Source: Octopus sinensis
Lineage: Eukaryota
Direction of reading: 5' to 3'
Length of the DNA: 64,000 bases
Assembly: GCF_006345805.1 (NCBI RefSeq)
Contig: NC_043004.1
Span: forward strand, 78,802,001-78,866,000
Every line of letters begins with the position of its first letter. The stretch's first letter is position 1. Below the pieces are notes generated by a model. That model had not been told where the DNA came from and searched no databases. It was given only the letters and a program-made list of their open reading frames with translations. The position numbers and the translations under genes were made by a program. Shown here one piece after another: positions 35,905 through 48,357 of this stretch.

Positions 35905-36860
35905 GGAGGTCTGTGGAAACTATGGATTAGACAGATTCAAAGACGTGATATGACAAAATCCCAGAAGGAGTTACAGAGAATGAAGATTGTAAAATTCTGT
36001 GGGAGGCAATGGTTTAGTGTAAGCATCAGATTAGACATTCGAAACCTGACGTTGTTGTGGGGAAGAGAAAAGGAAAACAAACATGCAAGAGGAGATAAGT
36101 CGGGTAGAGCTGATCCTGTATAGAAAAACGGAGACCGCTTCCCCCTGTGGGATGAAGTTAAAATAATAGAGAACACCACTGGAAAACACGAAAACTAAAA
36201 GAAGCAGCACATATGCTAGGACACAACAACCTCCTAAGCAGAACGAGTGCAGATATGAACAGCATATGGGAAACTGGTATTAAGGAAGGATAGGAAAATA
36301 TTAGATTTATAAGCCCTAAAATTCACTCCATAATTGCCCAGGGGCATATGGCATAGTGGTTAAGAGCGCGGGCTACTAATCCCAATATTTCGAGTTCGAT
36401 TCCAGGCAGGGACCTGAATAATAATGATGATAATAATAACATCGAAAAATACCTTAGGAATCCGAACCCAGGTCCGAAATTTCCCCAAGACACCTGATGA
36501 AGGCTGAAGGGTACATCAGCCGAAACGTTTTGTTAACAACAAACAAAATGAGGACAAATATCCGGCAAATATAAATAATGTACATAATTCCTCATCTCTT
36601 AGGTATTAAACATGCATGCTAATCGAACATGCATGCTAATCGAAATAGCATGTCCCGGTGACAACAGGATTGAAGAAAGAGAACAAGGGAACAACTATGA
36701 AGAATTGAAGCGGGAAATATTAAGTTTGTGAGTGATTGTATCAGCACTCAACTACCAGCATGGCTCAAACAAATTGGAACAAATGTAAGGATAGAACACC
36801 AACAAAAATCCTCATTGCTTGGAACTGAGAGTTTTTGGCAGGGTTTTTGAAACCTGATCA
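35905..36860 (+). mobile_element. Interrupted RLE-type LINE C-terminal remnants
   Basis: DKIPEGVTENEDCKILW (~35905..36005) and MLIEIACPGDNRIEE..QKSSLLGT (~36620..36860), split by other sequence including the SINE at 36342. Confidence 0.65.
36342..36601 (+). mobile_element. tRNA-headed SINE carrying a hammerhead-like module
   Basis: GGGCATATGGCATAGTGGTTAAGAGC..GAGTTCGATTCC (A/B boxes), (AAT)n, then GACAC-CTGATGA-A-GGCTG..CAGCC-GAAA-CGTT; second copy at 48358..48624 (-). Confidence 0.8.
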
Positions 36861-38479
36861 GTAAACAAGTGTCACCTTAGTCTGTGACATAAATTCAGTC
36901 ATGCATGAACTTTAAAATTCCAGATTTATAAAAGCGTGTTGGTTCGAACAAACAAGTTATATAAAAACGAAAGGAGGGTAGGTCGGGGATGGGGAGGCGT
37001 TATACAAGAATAAGCATTTAAAAAACTATTTAAAAACTATGAAAACATGCAAAAATGAAATATCCACGAAAACAACATTTGCGAAAAAAGTGCTTCAAGA
37101 AAACATTACAGGTTGTGCATCCACGTAGCGACTGGGAACCCAGTGGTAAAGTCGGTTAGAACACTCCGCGTCACTGCTCACCTGCTACTGTTCCTGCAGG
37201 GGCCTGTTGCACCCAAAGGTGCTCGTCAACAGATGCTGTTGCGTGGGATGAAACAACAAACACCACACTCTTTAGATGCTCCTGTTTCAGCATGCGCTAT
37301 TATTTTTGCTAAACGCCTTTCATTTGATGTTCTGTTTTCCAACTCCATTTGGTTCGACGTGATTAACTCATTTATATAATATCCAACGTGCAACATTTCT
37401 TGTTCTATTTATTCTGGTTTATTTTATAGAAGGTCTATGGTTCTGATGTCGTTGTCGTATTCATAATTATCGTCATCGCTCTGGGGAACCGGTTCCCCCT
37501 CAACCATTCCGGTTGTCTATTACTGGAGTTCACTCTTCTTTTCGGGGTGCCTTTTCTCCCCCATATTTTTGTATTTCGTGTCTATTCCGACTGTTTGGGA
37601 AATTTTTCTAGCTGCTATTATCTATCTACCCCTCCTCGTAACGCTGCTGGATACTGTAAAGATGCGTGATACTTGGCGACTGGTTTCCGAGATCGGGTGC
37701 AAAGTGACTTTCTTCATCACATCTGCAACTGTGACATGTGTTGCTCTGAAAATAGGGATCTGATGATGTTGCTATAGCTATGAATAAACTCCATCGGTCT
37801 CCTCTTTTTCTATCTCTTTCTTATTCTCATCGCTGGCTTTCACTCTTCGTTCATTTAGGGATTTTGGTTGCCTGAGACAATAATGTCTCTGAAAGTTGTT
37901 TCTAAGTCTGCATAGGTTTTGCTGAAAATTTTCTGTGCCTCACCCTTGTTTAAACTAGTTGTTAAGAAGCGATGCAGCATTTCAGAAACTGTTCATTAAA
38001 CCGATGCGTTTCTCATTAGGAGACAGAAACCCCAATAGCTAGTCAGAATTGTCTAACATGGAATTGTAATGTATCTTGGTTGTCACAGATATAACATTCT
38101 CAAGTCAATCAATACCAGTTAACAGCACTGAACATATGCTTAGCACGAAGCTGTAATTTACAAGATGCACCGTTATAAAAAATACAGAGTGCAGCAAATA
38201 AACTAGATTCAACATTCTTCACAAACACTTCAATAGAAATCGCATGGTGTGCACCATCCCCAACTATGACGATAACGAAAACACAAACAACAAATCATTG
38301 GGCTACGTGAAGACACCATTACCATCTGCCTAAGTTTATTAGTGCTACATTAATAGATGCGTTAAGTATGGGAAATTTCTCTGTGGCACTCTGTGTAATT
38401 AAAGGCAAGAAAGAAACTTTGTTTTGATTATGAAAATAATAATAATATTTCATTGCATATATAACACATATGCATATAA

Positions 38480-38605
38480 TAGGAGTAGCTGTAAGAAGCT
38501 TGCTTCCCAACGACGTGGTTTCGGGTTCAGTCTCACAGCGTGGCACCTTGGGCAAGCGTCTTCTACATATGCCTCGGGCCGACCAAAGCCTTGTGAGTGG
38601 ATTTG
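38480..38605 (+). mobile_element. SINE family C head fragment
   Basis: AGAAGCTTGCTTCCCAAC..GGGTTCAGT..GGCACCTTGGGCAAG; shows the uninterrupted target site. Confidence 0.8.
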
Positions 38606-40025
38606 GAGCAAATTAAATATTTAAAAGCTACGAACAAATAAACCAACAGGAGTTACTAGAAATAACAGTCAAAACATTAAAATACACACAATCAAAGTTA
38701 GTATTAAAACATTTGTGGGCAAATTAAATATTTATAAGCTATGAACAAGTCAGCAGGAGTTGCTAGAAATAACAGTCAAAACATTGTTTAAAACAGATAT
38801 TTATTAGTTAAAAAAGGAAAGAAATTTGCAATACACTCTAGGATTTTATAGAATAAATGATCTTTCTCGTATCTCCTTCTCCACATAAATCAAAGATAAG
38901 AGTCGATCATGTCCAGGTACTTTCAGTTTCTTGAGTGTGAATCCCATCTGTTATAGAACAAGTGGTGGTTACACTCCTTGTGCGCATGCTCAGCATCTTT
39001 GGTTACTTTGGAAACAGTGTTCTTCGCAATCAGCTATGGGGACACATGGTGCTTCTTTGCTTTAGTTACTATAGAAACAGACTTCTTCGCCACGGTGATG
39101 TGTAAAATACTCGCTTCTGATTGGCTAAAATGCCCAAATTTTGCATATTTTAAAGGCTAATAACTTTTTAATTGTGAATTCATAAGAAAAATGAATTTCA
39201 TTTTCATAACTAATATATACAAAACTTAATCCATACACCAAATTTGAAAACAACTTGAACCGAATTGTAAACACTGACGAAAATCACAAAGATCTCTAGG
39301 TTTACGAAGAATAAGTCCTGAGGTCGATTTATTCGACTAAAAGGCCGTGCTCCAGCATGGCCGCAGTCAAATGACTGAAACAAGTAAAAGAGCATACAAT
39401 ACAAAACTACATTAAAATACAAATCTAAAACCAAAGAAAACACAAGCATAAACAAAGAAAAAAAAGAGGTAGAAAGAAAGAAAAATCAACATTGTAACAC
39501 TAAGTGCCTCCATTGGTCGCACTCCAGGAGGTACAACAGAACCAACAGAAGCAAGCTAACACGCTCACGGCATTACCACGGGCGATGGCGAGGCTAAGGC
39601 GTTGGAACAGTCAAGCACCCTCACAGGTATCACCCGACATCTTAGTAAGATGTACCGCCAACGATGACAAAAAATTCGCTGTTTGCGACTCAGCCCCTCC
39701 AAACGTCTCAAACGTCACAAGCTGGAAGAAATAAACTTCTAAATATATCTAATTAATTTATCTGGTTTTCTGTGATAATGTCAACTGTTTAACAGTTTAA
39801 AGTGTATCTTCTTAATCCAATTGTAATCTTCCAAAAATCTAAAGAAATTAATTATTCACTGATTAAAGACTCTAAGTAAATATGATATGATATGAACTAC
39901 ATAATCTAAATTGATTAAGAACTTATAGTAATCAATGCAAATTCTACGCCTTTCATAGTGCTCCAATTCTCAATAAAATATATTTATTGCCCACAAGGGG
40001 CTAAATATGGAGGGACAAACATCGA

Positions 40026-40393
40026 CCGCCGCCGTGGTGATCTCATTCTCGCCCACAACATCATAAGCGGAAAGTGTAACCTCTCGAAAGAGCTGTTCTT
40101 CACTCCTGCTCCAGAGCGTCGGCTGCGGGGTCATTCCGAAAAGCTCTACCTGCGACGATTTCATCTCAATCGAAGAAGAGGAGCTTTCTCCGTCCGGGTT
40201 GCGGATCCGTGGAACAAGCTGCCAGACGAGATGGTGAAGATGCCGACGACCGCTTTGTTGAAAGCCTCCCTTGACCTCAAGTGGCCTGAACTCTTTACAT
40301 GAACACCACCCTGTACTTAACTTCATGTCCCCCTACATGGCCTTGCTATTTGCTTTTGAGCCAAATTAACTAACTAACTAACTAACTAACTAA
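40026..40393 (+). mobile_element. CR1-group LINE 3' end with (CTAA)n tail
   Basis: RRRGDLILAHNII..RRLRGHSEKL..RRGAFSVRVADPWNKLPDEMV..; 3' UTR; tandem tail. Confidence 0.9.
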
Positions 40394-40685
40394 AAAGCAA
40401 AGTCGACCTCGGTGGAATCTGAACTCAGAACGTAATGGCAGACGAAATACCTATTTCTTTACTACCCACAAGGGGCTAAACACAGAGGAGACAAACAAGG
40501 ACAGGCAAACGGATTAAGTCGATTACATCGACCCCAGTGCGTAACTGGCACTTATTTAATCGATCCCGAAAGGATGAAAGGCAAAGTCGACCTTGGCGGA
40601 ATTTGAACTCAGAACGTAACGGCAGACGAAACACCGCTAAGCATTTCGCCCGGCGTGCTAGCGATTCTGCAAGCTTGCCGCCTTA
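40394..40685 (-). mobile_element. SINE family A (dimer, truncated next to the CR1 fragment)
   Basis: Head at 40685, junction AAATAGGTATTTCGTC as in the 31119 copy. Confidence 0.85.
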
Positions 40686-41519
40686 GAATATTGATGTGAA
40701 CTATGTTTAAACACCAGTTATTAACATATTTAGTTTTAGTTGAAAGCTGTCCGAGTATAAAGTCTCTCAGAGACAACAATCATCGGAGATTTGCCGATTA
40801 AATACTTGATTTGAAATCCTAATTAAGACGAATGTCTCAGCCTAATTTCTTGATATAAAAGATCAATCTTCATAATTTATAATTATAAAACTCCTTTACT
40901 CGTTTCAGCGATGTGGCTGCGGTCATGCTGTAGCACCATTATGATCTGTCTGATTTCCTCAGTCTAGGGAGTTTCACATCACCACTCCTGTATGCGCTTC
41001 TGTCCCAGCTGTTGAGCCATTTAGTATATAAGAGAGTTTGATTCCGCTGCCCTCGTCTTTATATCATGTTGGTCTGTTGGTTCGTCTGGTATTGTGCAGA
41101 GAAAAATGTCCAGTTCCTTTTTGAAGCCATCACAAAAGAGTAAGAAATATCTTTTACCACAACTATTCAAACGTTAAACAGTTTATTAGTTAAATAGAAA
41201 GAACCCAATTTTGCATTCGTTTAACAATCAGCTGGTACTAGACTTACTATCCAGTGTTGCCCAGTAAAGTATTCACTGAATTGTTTGCCAGTTTGTAGAA
41301 TGGGAATTCACAGTACTTATGTATGTATGTATATTTAACCTAACTTCTGGACTTATTTAATTGGAACTATCCAAACAATAGTATTCAATTTACATGAGTA
41401 GAAGCTTTTTTTAAAGACTATTTTTACCCTGACAATCACCTGTTACATTTGTTTTAAAGTGAAAGAGAGGTGAAAGTGAATGATGTATGAACGTGTATAT
41501 GAAATGGACGTCTGTGTGT

Positions 41520-41554
41520 GAGAGAGACAGAGAAAGAGAGAAAGGGAGGGAGAA

Positions 41555-41586
<32 letters not shown>

Positions 41587-41636
41587 GGAGGGAGAAAGAG
41601 AGAGAGAGGGAGGGAGAAAGAGAGAGAGAAAGAGAG
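41520..41636. repeat. (GA)n/(GGGA) purine tract
   Basis: Direct. Confidence 0.95.
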
Positions 41637-43000
41637 TGTGTCACTTACACATACATGAGAACACGTTCACTCACTCACTCTCTCTCACACAAGCACACGT
41701 ACATACAAAAAAGATGTACGCATATGTATTGATGTATGTACGTATACATGACAACACACATCTTCACTCACTCTCTCTCTCTCTCTCTCTTTCTCTCTCT
41801 TTCACACACACACTGACGTCCATTTCATATACACGTACATACATCTTTCACTTTCTCCCCTATTTCACTTTAAAACAAAAGCATCTAAATGACATTTTTT
41901 ACCGAAAATAATGAAGTACGGATGATGAAATCACATTCAGTTAAAAATATTTCTAAATGATTAAAATATTGCGTACGTCAAAAATTCGACGGTTTTTTTC
42001 TTAGCACGAAGACTATGTGTGTATATGTCACAGGTAGCGGACGTGTGTTTATGTTGATTGACACACAATGACGTTCGTTATATGTGTGTGTATTCTGTAT
42101 GTGTCTATGTGTTGACGTCACGGAAGCCATGAATTTTTCTTTCGTCAAGAAGGTACAAAAATTGTGTTTAATCATTTAAATAGAGGTCCAAATGTCACTA
42201 AAATTTGTACTGCACTGCCGAAGGTAAGTATGAAAATAAATATGTAAAAAAAACTAAAACAAAATATACTATTTCTGAGATATTTGAGTTACACACAAAC
42301 ATCCCTAGAGTTTTAGTATTATCAAGATGGCAAAGGATACATCAAACAAAACGTTGACGCGTTGTTATAATAAGATAAAACTTTAATAAACAGTGTAAGC
42401 GCGCGTGTTGCTATTTTAGAACAATGTTGCCTCAGGAAGAATCACATCATGCGTCCATATTTAGTGAAAGATTTCTGAAGCGTTTGTGGACAGACATATT
42501 TTAATTCTTCAGGGATTGGTTTAGAAGGGTATAAGATGTTTTGAAAGAATAGGAATAAAGGTTGGGGCTTAGTCATCCCTTGGCCCTTTATTCTATTTTA
42601 ATAAACAGGCTTGTCGACATGTGTTGTATATATCCTTTAAATTACATTTCAATTCGCTTTGCTGGATCTTTGAACAGCAAGATTCAGCATATTTTAAACC
42701 CACTCATTTATATATAAAGAATTTTTTAAAAAGTTTACTGAGAGTTTTTTTTTTACATATTTATAAATTTATGCACCCCGAGAAAAAAATAATTTATTCA
42801 TTTTGTTTTTCATGTAAAATAATAAAACATCAGTTTCTAAGTAAAAATAGCTGCAGGTATTAGATAAGAGAATTGTTGCCAAAATAGATAGTTTAACAAA
42901 AGAAATAATTCCATAAAGAATGTGCAGCTAAAATAATCCAAGAATTCATTACCAAACGAATAAAGATGAAGAATTAGGATTTTATATTATCATACATATG

Positions 43001-43310
43001 TGAAGGCGCGTGGCTTAGTGGTTAGGGCATTCGGCTCACGTTCTAAGGTCGTGAGTTCAATTCCCGGCGACGCATTGTGTCCTTGAGCAAGACACTTTAT
43101 TTCCCGTTGCTCTTATCCACTCAGTTGGCAAAAATGAGTAGTACCTGTATTTCAAAGGGCCAGCCTTGTCACGCTGAATCACCCTGAGAACTACGTTAAG
43201 GGTACACGTGTCTGTGGAATGCTCAGCCACTTGTACGTTAATTTCACGAGCAAGCTTTTCCGTTAATTTTATCAGCTGGAACCCTTGTCGTCGTAACCGA
43301 CGGAGTGCTC
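43001..43310 (+). mobile_element. tRNA-derived CORE-like SINE (family B)
   Basis: GGCGCGTGGCTTAGTGGTTAGG..GAGTTCAATTCC head; GTGTCCTTGAGCAAGACACTT CORE-like block; tail shared with family E. Confidence 0.8.
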
Positions 43311-43334
43311 CTTTTATCGTACCTATTATATAAA

Positions 43335-44680
43335 GCGGTTGAATGCGGCAGAATCGTTAACACGCTGGACGAAATGCTTAGCGCTATTTCGCCCGTCGCT
43401 ACGTTCTGAGTTCAAATTCCGCCGAAGTCGACTTTGCCTTTCATCCTTTCAGGGTCGATAAATTAAGTACCAATGAAACACTGAGGTCGATGTAATCGAC
43501 TAGTCCCCTCCCCACAAATTTCAGGCCTTGTGTCTATAGTGGAAAGCATTATATAAGGCGGTTAAAAGCGGCGAACTGGCAGTATCGTTAGTATGCCGGA
43601 CAAAAATGCTGAGCGATATTTTGTCTTTACGTTCTGAGTTCGAATTCCGCCGAGGTCAACTTTCATCCCTTTCAGGGTCGATAAAGTAAGTACTACATAA
43701 GTATAGGAGTCGATGTAATCGACTTGTTCCCTCCCTGAAAATTTATGGCCCTATGTCTATTGTAGAAAGGCTTATCTAAGGTGGTGAGCTGGCAGAACCA
43801 TTAGCACATCGGACAAAATGCTTGGCGGTATTTCATCCAGCTTTACGGTTCAAATTCAGTCAAGGTTGGCTATGCCTTCGTTCCTTCGCAGTTAATAACA
43901 TAAAGTACCAGTTAAGTACCGGAGTCGACGTAATCTACTTGTTAGCCCCCTTCAGAATTTGAGGTCCTGAAGCTGACGAGAAACCGGTGTCCTGTTGATA
44001 GGGAACAGTGTGATCTTGTCCGGTTCTCTGCTATGGAGACCGTGGGATGGGTCCTATGAATCCTAATGGTCAAGGAAAACATTCGAATTATTTACATATA
44101 TAAAAGCAGCGAGCTGGCAGAAACGTTAGCCCGCCGGACGAAATGCGTAGCCGTATTTCGTCTGCTGTTACGTTCTGAGTTCAAATTCCGCCGAGGTCGA
44201 CTTTGCCTTTCACTCTTTCAGGGTCGATATATTAAGTACCAGTTACACAGTGGGGTCGATGTAATCGACTTAATCCGTTTGTTTGTTCTTGTTTGTCCTC
44301 TCTGTGTTTAGCCCCTTGTGGGTTGTAAAGAAATAGAAATAAGTATTTCGTCTGTCTTTACGTTCTGAGTTCAAATTCCGCCGAGGCCGATTTTGCCTTT
44401 CGTTCTTTCGGGGTCGATAAATTAAGTACTAGTTACGTACTGGGGTCGATCTAATCGACTGGTCCCTTCCCCCCAAAATGTCGGGCCTTATGCCTTGAGT
44501 AGAAAAGAAACATGCTTAGTTACATTCTTGCCTACTTTACATTCTGAGTTCAAATGCTGCTGTGATCGACTTTGTCTTTCATCCCCTCGAGGTCAACAAA
44601 ATAAGTAATAGTCGCGCACTGGGATCGATTTAATCGACTTGCTCCTTTCCTACAAATTCCAGGTCTTTTGCCTATACTAT
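43335..44680 (+). mobile_element. Cluster of about six co-oriented family A SINE copies
   Basis: Heads near 43338, 43567, 43780 and 44107, plus partial copies near 44345 and 44520. Confidence 0.85.
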
Positions 44681-44916
44681 AAAAGATAATTTACAGTCTA
44701 TAGTGAAGGCGCGTGGCTTAAGGGTTTGAATATTTGAGTGACAATCGTAAGCTCCATTCCCGTGATCCAAAGGGTCAGACTTGTCAAATTCTGTGACATG
44801 TTGAATTTCCCTGAGAACTACGTTAAGGGTACACATGTCTGTGGAGTACTCAGCCACTTACACGTTAATTTCACAAGCAGGTTGATCAGTTGATTGCATC
44901 AACTGGAACGACCTTG

Positions 44917-45330
44917 GGATCTTTTCGGTTTGAACGGCAGTTTTTTCTAGCGGTGTCATATGAAATTGTCACCCATAATTATGACCCTAGTATCGATCTA
45001 TTGCATTTCAATCTGTTTTAGGGTTAGGGTTAGGGGTGGGGGGAAGGGCATTTTTTTTTCTTCACTGATGTAAATAAACCCAATCTGTTTCTTAAACGAG
45101 GGACATATTCATACGGCACAGAATGTTTTTTAACTCAATAGACGTAATTGATTGGTTGAAATTGCAGAAATTGAAGGAAAAAAACAAATATCTTACAAAC
45201 TATAGAATATTCTCAATAAAGCCAAGAGAAAAAGATGTGTTATAAAAACATTCTACCAGTATACGAAGTTCAAAATTTTTTAGTTACCTAGAAATTCTGT
45301 TAAAAACTGCCGTTCAAACCGAAAAGATTC
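44917..45330. mobile_element. MITE with ~29-bp TIRs and 8-bp TSD, internal TTAGGG-like repeats
   Basis: TIR GGATCTTTTCGGTTTGAACGGCAGTTTTT / AAAAACTGCCGTTCAAACCGAAAAGATTC; TSD CGACCTTG at 44909..44916 and 45331..45338; splits a SINE tail. Confidence 0.88.
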
Positions 45331-45729
45331 CGACCTTGTTGTAACTGACGGAGCGCCAGTTAAACGGACAATTAACTGAATATGGTGAGCACCTATCATA
45401 GGATAAGATTTCCTGACTCTGATACATGTAAAGCATTATCTTTTAATGTTCTAAAACAAAGATACAACAAATTAATAACTGAACACCATAACACTTGTTT
45501 CTGGCTTTAAAGACTCAGCTTCGCTGAGGCCTAAAGTAAATATTGTTTTCTCTTTGCGGTTCTGTGATCCTTTCCATATTTCTTGCTTTATTTATTGTGA
45601 TTAAACTCATTGCTTCACGGATTAAAATACATAATTGTTTACATAACAGCAGTATAAACGATTTCTTGCCAGTTTGTAGCATTAGTCTCCAGTTATGTTT
45701 ACCCCTGCTGGTGATGTTACTTAAGGTAG

Positions 45730-45752
45730 TTATATATATATATATATATATA

Positions 45753-45847
<95 letters not shown>

Positions 45848-45885
45848 ATGTATGTATGTATGTATGTATATACGCGCATACATGT
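45730..45885. repeat. (TA)n microsatellite
   Basis: Direct. Confidence 0.97.
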
Positions 45886-46287
45886 GTAACACATGCAAGT
45901 TAGCAATTGCTGGCAATCGTTTCACGTGCTGAAAGTGGTCGTCAGAATTTTCGAGAATTTACGTTTCACTGTTTGTGCGAGACAGAGATTTTCAGCTGTA
46001 TCAGTCAGGTTAGATCGTATATCCTGCATGTTTATATGTGTATTAATGTCAGGAAGTAAACGGGTAGTAGATTTCCTTTTTTCTAGGATGCAGATCCGAC
46101 TCTTCCACTTTTATTCGTTGGTGGGTGGCTGGGGGGGGGGGGGGTGTTCTTCAGTCTTATACGATTTATTCACTAACACACATACAAACACACATTTAAA
46201 CTTCAAAGTGCAGACTCAAGTAGCTGCATACAGACGGATAGATTTACACTCGTCTTAAAACGCGAATGCAAAACTCATATTAAGAAT

Positions 46288-46337
<50 letters not shown>

Positions 46338-46440
46338 TACATATATATGTATATATACATACACATTCACGTACATATATATATATATTATAATATATAT
46401 ATATATATATGAAACATGCATATATATATATGCGTATGTG

Positions 46441-46493
<53 letters not shown>

Positions 46494-46611
46494 TGACTAT
46501 ATATGTGTGTCTACACTGTACTACTATGAAATAACGTAAGGAGAACCGAATCGACAATCTGGGTTCGATCCTAGCATCAGTAAGTTGTGAACGTCGTACA
46601 TATAATTAGAT

Positions 46612-46845
46612 TCTTTTATTCTTTTACTTGTTTCAGTCGTTTGACTGCGGCCATACTGGGGCACCGCCTTTAGTCGAGCAAATCGACCCCATGGCTTATT
46701 CTTTGTAAGCCTAGTACTTATTCTATCGGTTTGTTTTGTCGAACCGCTGGGATACGGGGACGTAAACACACCAACATCGGTTGTCAAGCGATCGTGGGGG
46801 AACAAACACACACACACACACACAAGCATATACACACACATACGT

Positions 46846-46876
<31 letters not shown>

Positions 46877-47445
46877 CTCTTTTACTTGTTTCAGTCATTT
46901 GACCGCAGCCATGTTGAGCACCGCCTTTTAGTCGAGCAAATCGACCCCGGGACTTATTCTTTGTAAGCCCAGTACTTATTCTATCGGTCTCTTTTGCCGA
47001 ACCGCTAAGTGAGGGGGACGTAAACACACCTGCATCGGTGGTCAAGCAATGCTAGGGAAACAAACACAGACACACACACACGCATATATACATATGTATA
47101 TATATATATAACGGGAAGCTTTATGAAAATAAACAAAAGACGAAGGCAGGTGGAAAACAAACGAACAATTGTATTAGTATGGCGCTCAGGAAATATAAAT
47201 AAAACAAGTCTTTAACGTTTCGAGCCTACGCTCTTCAACAGAAAGATACACACATATATATATATATATATATACATATATACGACAGGCTTCTTTCAGT
47301 TTCCGTCTACCAAATCCACTCACAAGGCATTGGTCGGCCCGGGACTATAGCAGAAGACACTTGCCCAAGATGCCACGCAGTGGGACTGAACCCGGAACCA
47401 TGTGGTTGGTTAGCAAGCTACTTACCACACAGCTACTTCTGCACC
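46612..47445 (-). mobile_element. Two family D modules plus family C head (composite SINE, reverse), with a hammerhead module inserted in the microsatellite
   Basis: D copies ~46612..46830 and ~46880..47070; C copy ~47280..47445. Confidence 0.75.
47209..47246 (-). ncRNA. Minimal type I hammerhead-like motif (core variant CUGUUGA)
   Basis: UCUUU-CUGUUGA-A-GAGC(GUAG)GCUC-GAAA-C-GUU-AAAGA. Confidence 0.55.
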
Positions 47446-47467
47446 TATATATATATATATATATATA

Positions 47468-47609
<142 letters not shown>

Positions 47610-47770
47610 GACGAGCTTCTTTCAGTTTCGGTCTACGACTTCCACGCACAAGGTTTTGGTCGACCCGAGGCTATAGTAAAAGACACTTGCCGAAGGTGAC
47701 ACGCAGTGGAACAGAACCCGGAACCATGTGGTTGATTAGCAAGCTACTTACTATACAGCCACTCCTGCGC
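47610..47770 (-). mobile_element. SINE family C
   Basis: Matches 22459..22625 reversed. Confidence 0.85.
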
Positions 47771-48357
47771 CTATGTCTATGTTTGTATCCTTATTTTCAC
47801 AAGATTATGTCTTGTGCTTTTTTCCCCTTTATCGCAAAATCATACACTTACTCAAATTTTGTTTGGAAAACGAAACTAGACTCCAAATGCAACCCATGGT
47901 GTGATTTCTATATATTTTCTCCATTAATATATTCTACGTCTTTTACTCTATTTGTAGGTCATAGGAACGATGGAGACTTGCAAAGGATTTGTGCAAGTGC
48001 TGCCAATCGGAAGTTTTGCATACCGGGCACCAGTAGAATTTTTAGTAGTCATCTGTTGAGGATGCGCAACCGTTTCGAGGCCTTCCTCTTAGCGATTTTA
48101 CCGTGCACTGGTCCCACTCATTGATATGCGGCTCTACCAACTGGGCCAAATGATTAATATCCGAACTGAAGTCCTTCAGTTCGGAATCTAAAATTCGGAA
48201 AATTTTCATCCCCTTGAAAAAAAAAAAAAAAAATTCCAAGTCAGTAAACGGATAAGATAAGAGAATATTTTTGTGGTTGGCTGGCAGGGCTGACCATTTT
48301 TAAAAAAGTAAAAGAGTAGAACAAGTGAAAATAAAGAATGTGGGAGAGCATCAACTA

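Noticed and set aside
36342-36415. tRNA gene calls at SINE heads (also 43005, 48551, 55660)
   Set aside because: A/B boxes are present but acceptor stems are not complementary, and they continue into dispersed SINE bodies
37100-37900. Cys-rich and acidic fragments suggesting a decayed transposase
   Set aside because: I could not assign any family motif or termini with confidence
43968-43990. CTGACGA-GAAA motif
   Set aside because: No stem II or stem I pairing; chance match
43335-44680. Possible CRISPR-like array of repeated GTTCTGAGTTCAAATTCCGCCGAGGTCGAC
   Set aside because: The units are 200-bp SINE bodies with homologous spacers; eukaryotic context and no cas genes
45015-45042. Interstitial telomere or chromosome fusion site
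   Set aside because: Only about three TTAGGG units, inside a TIR/TSD-bounded MITE
47950-48239. Possible host exon (ORFs 47687..48124 + and 48042..48239 -)
   Set aside because: No recognisable domain, stops in all frames and no clear splice pair; unresolved without BLAST or RNA-seq
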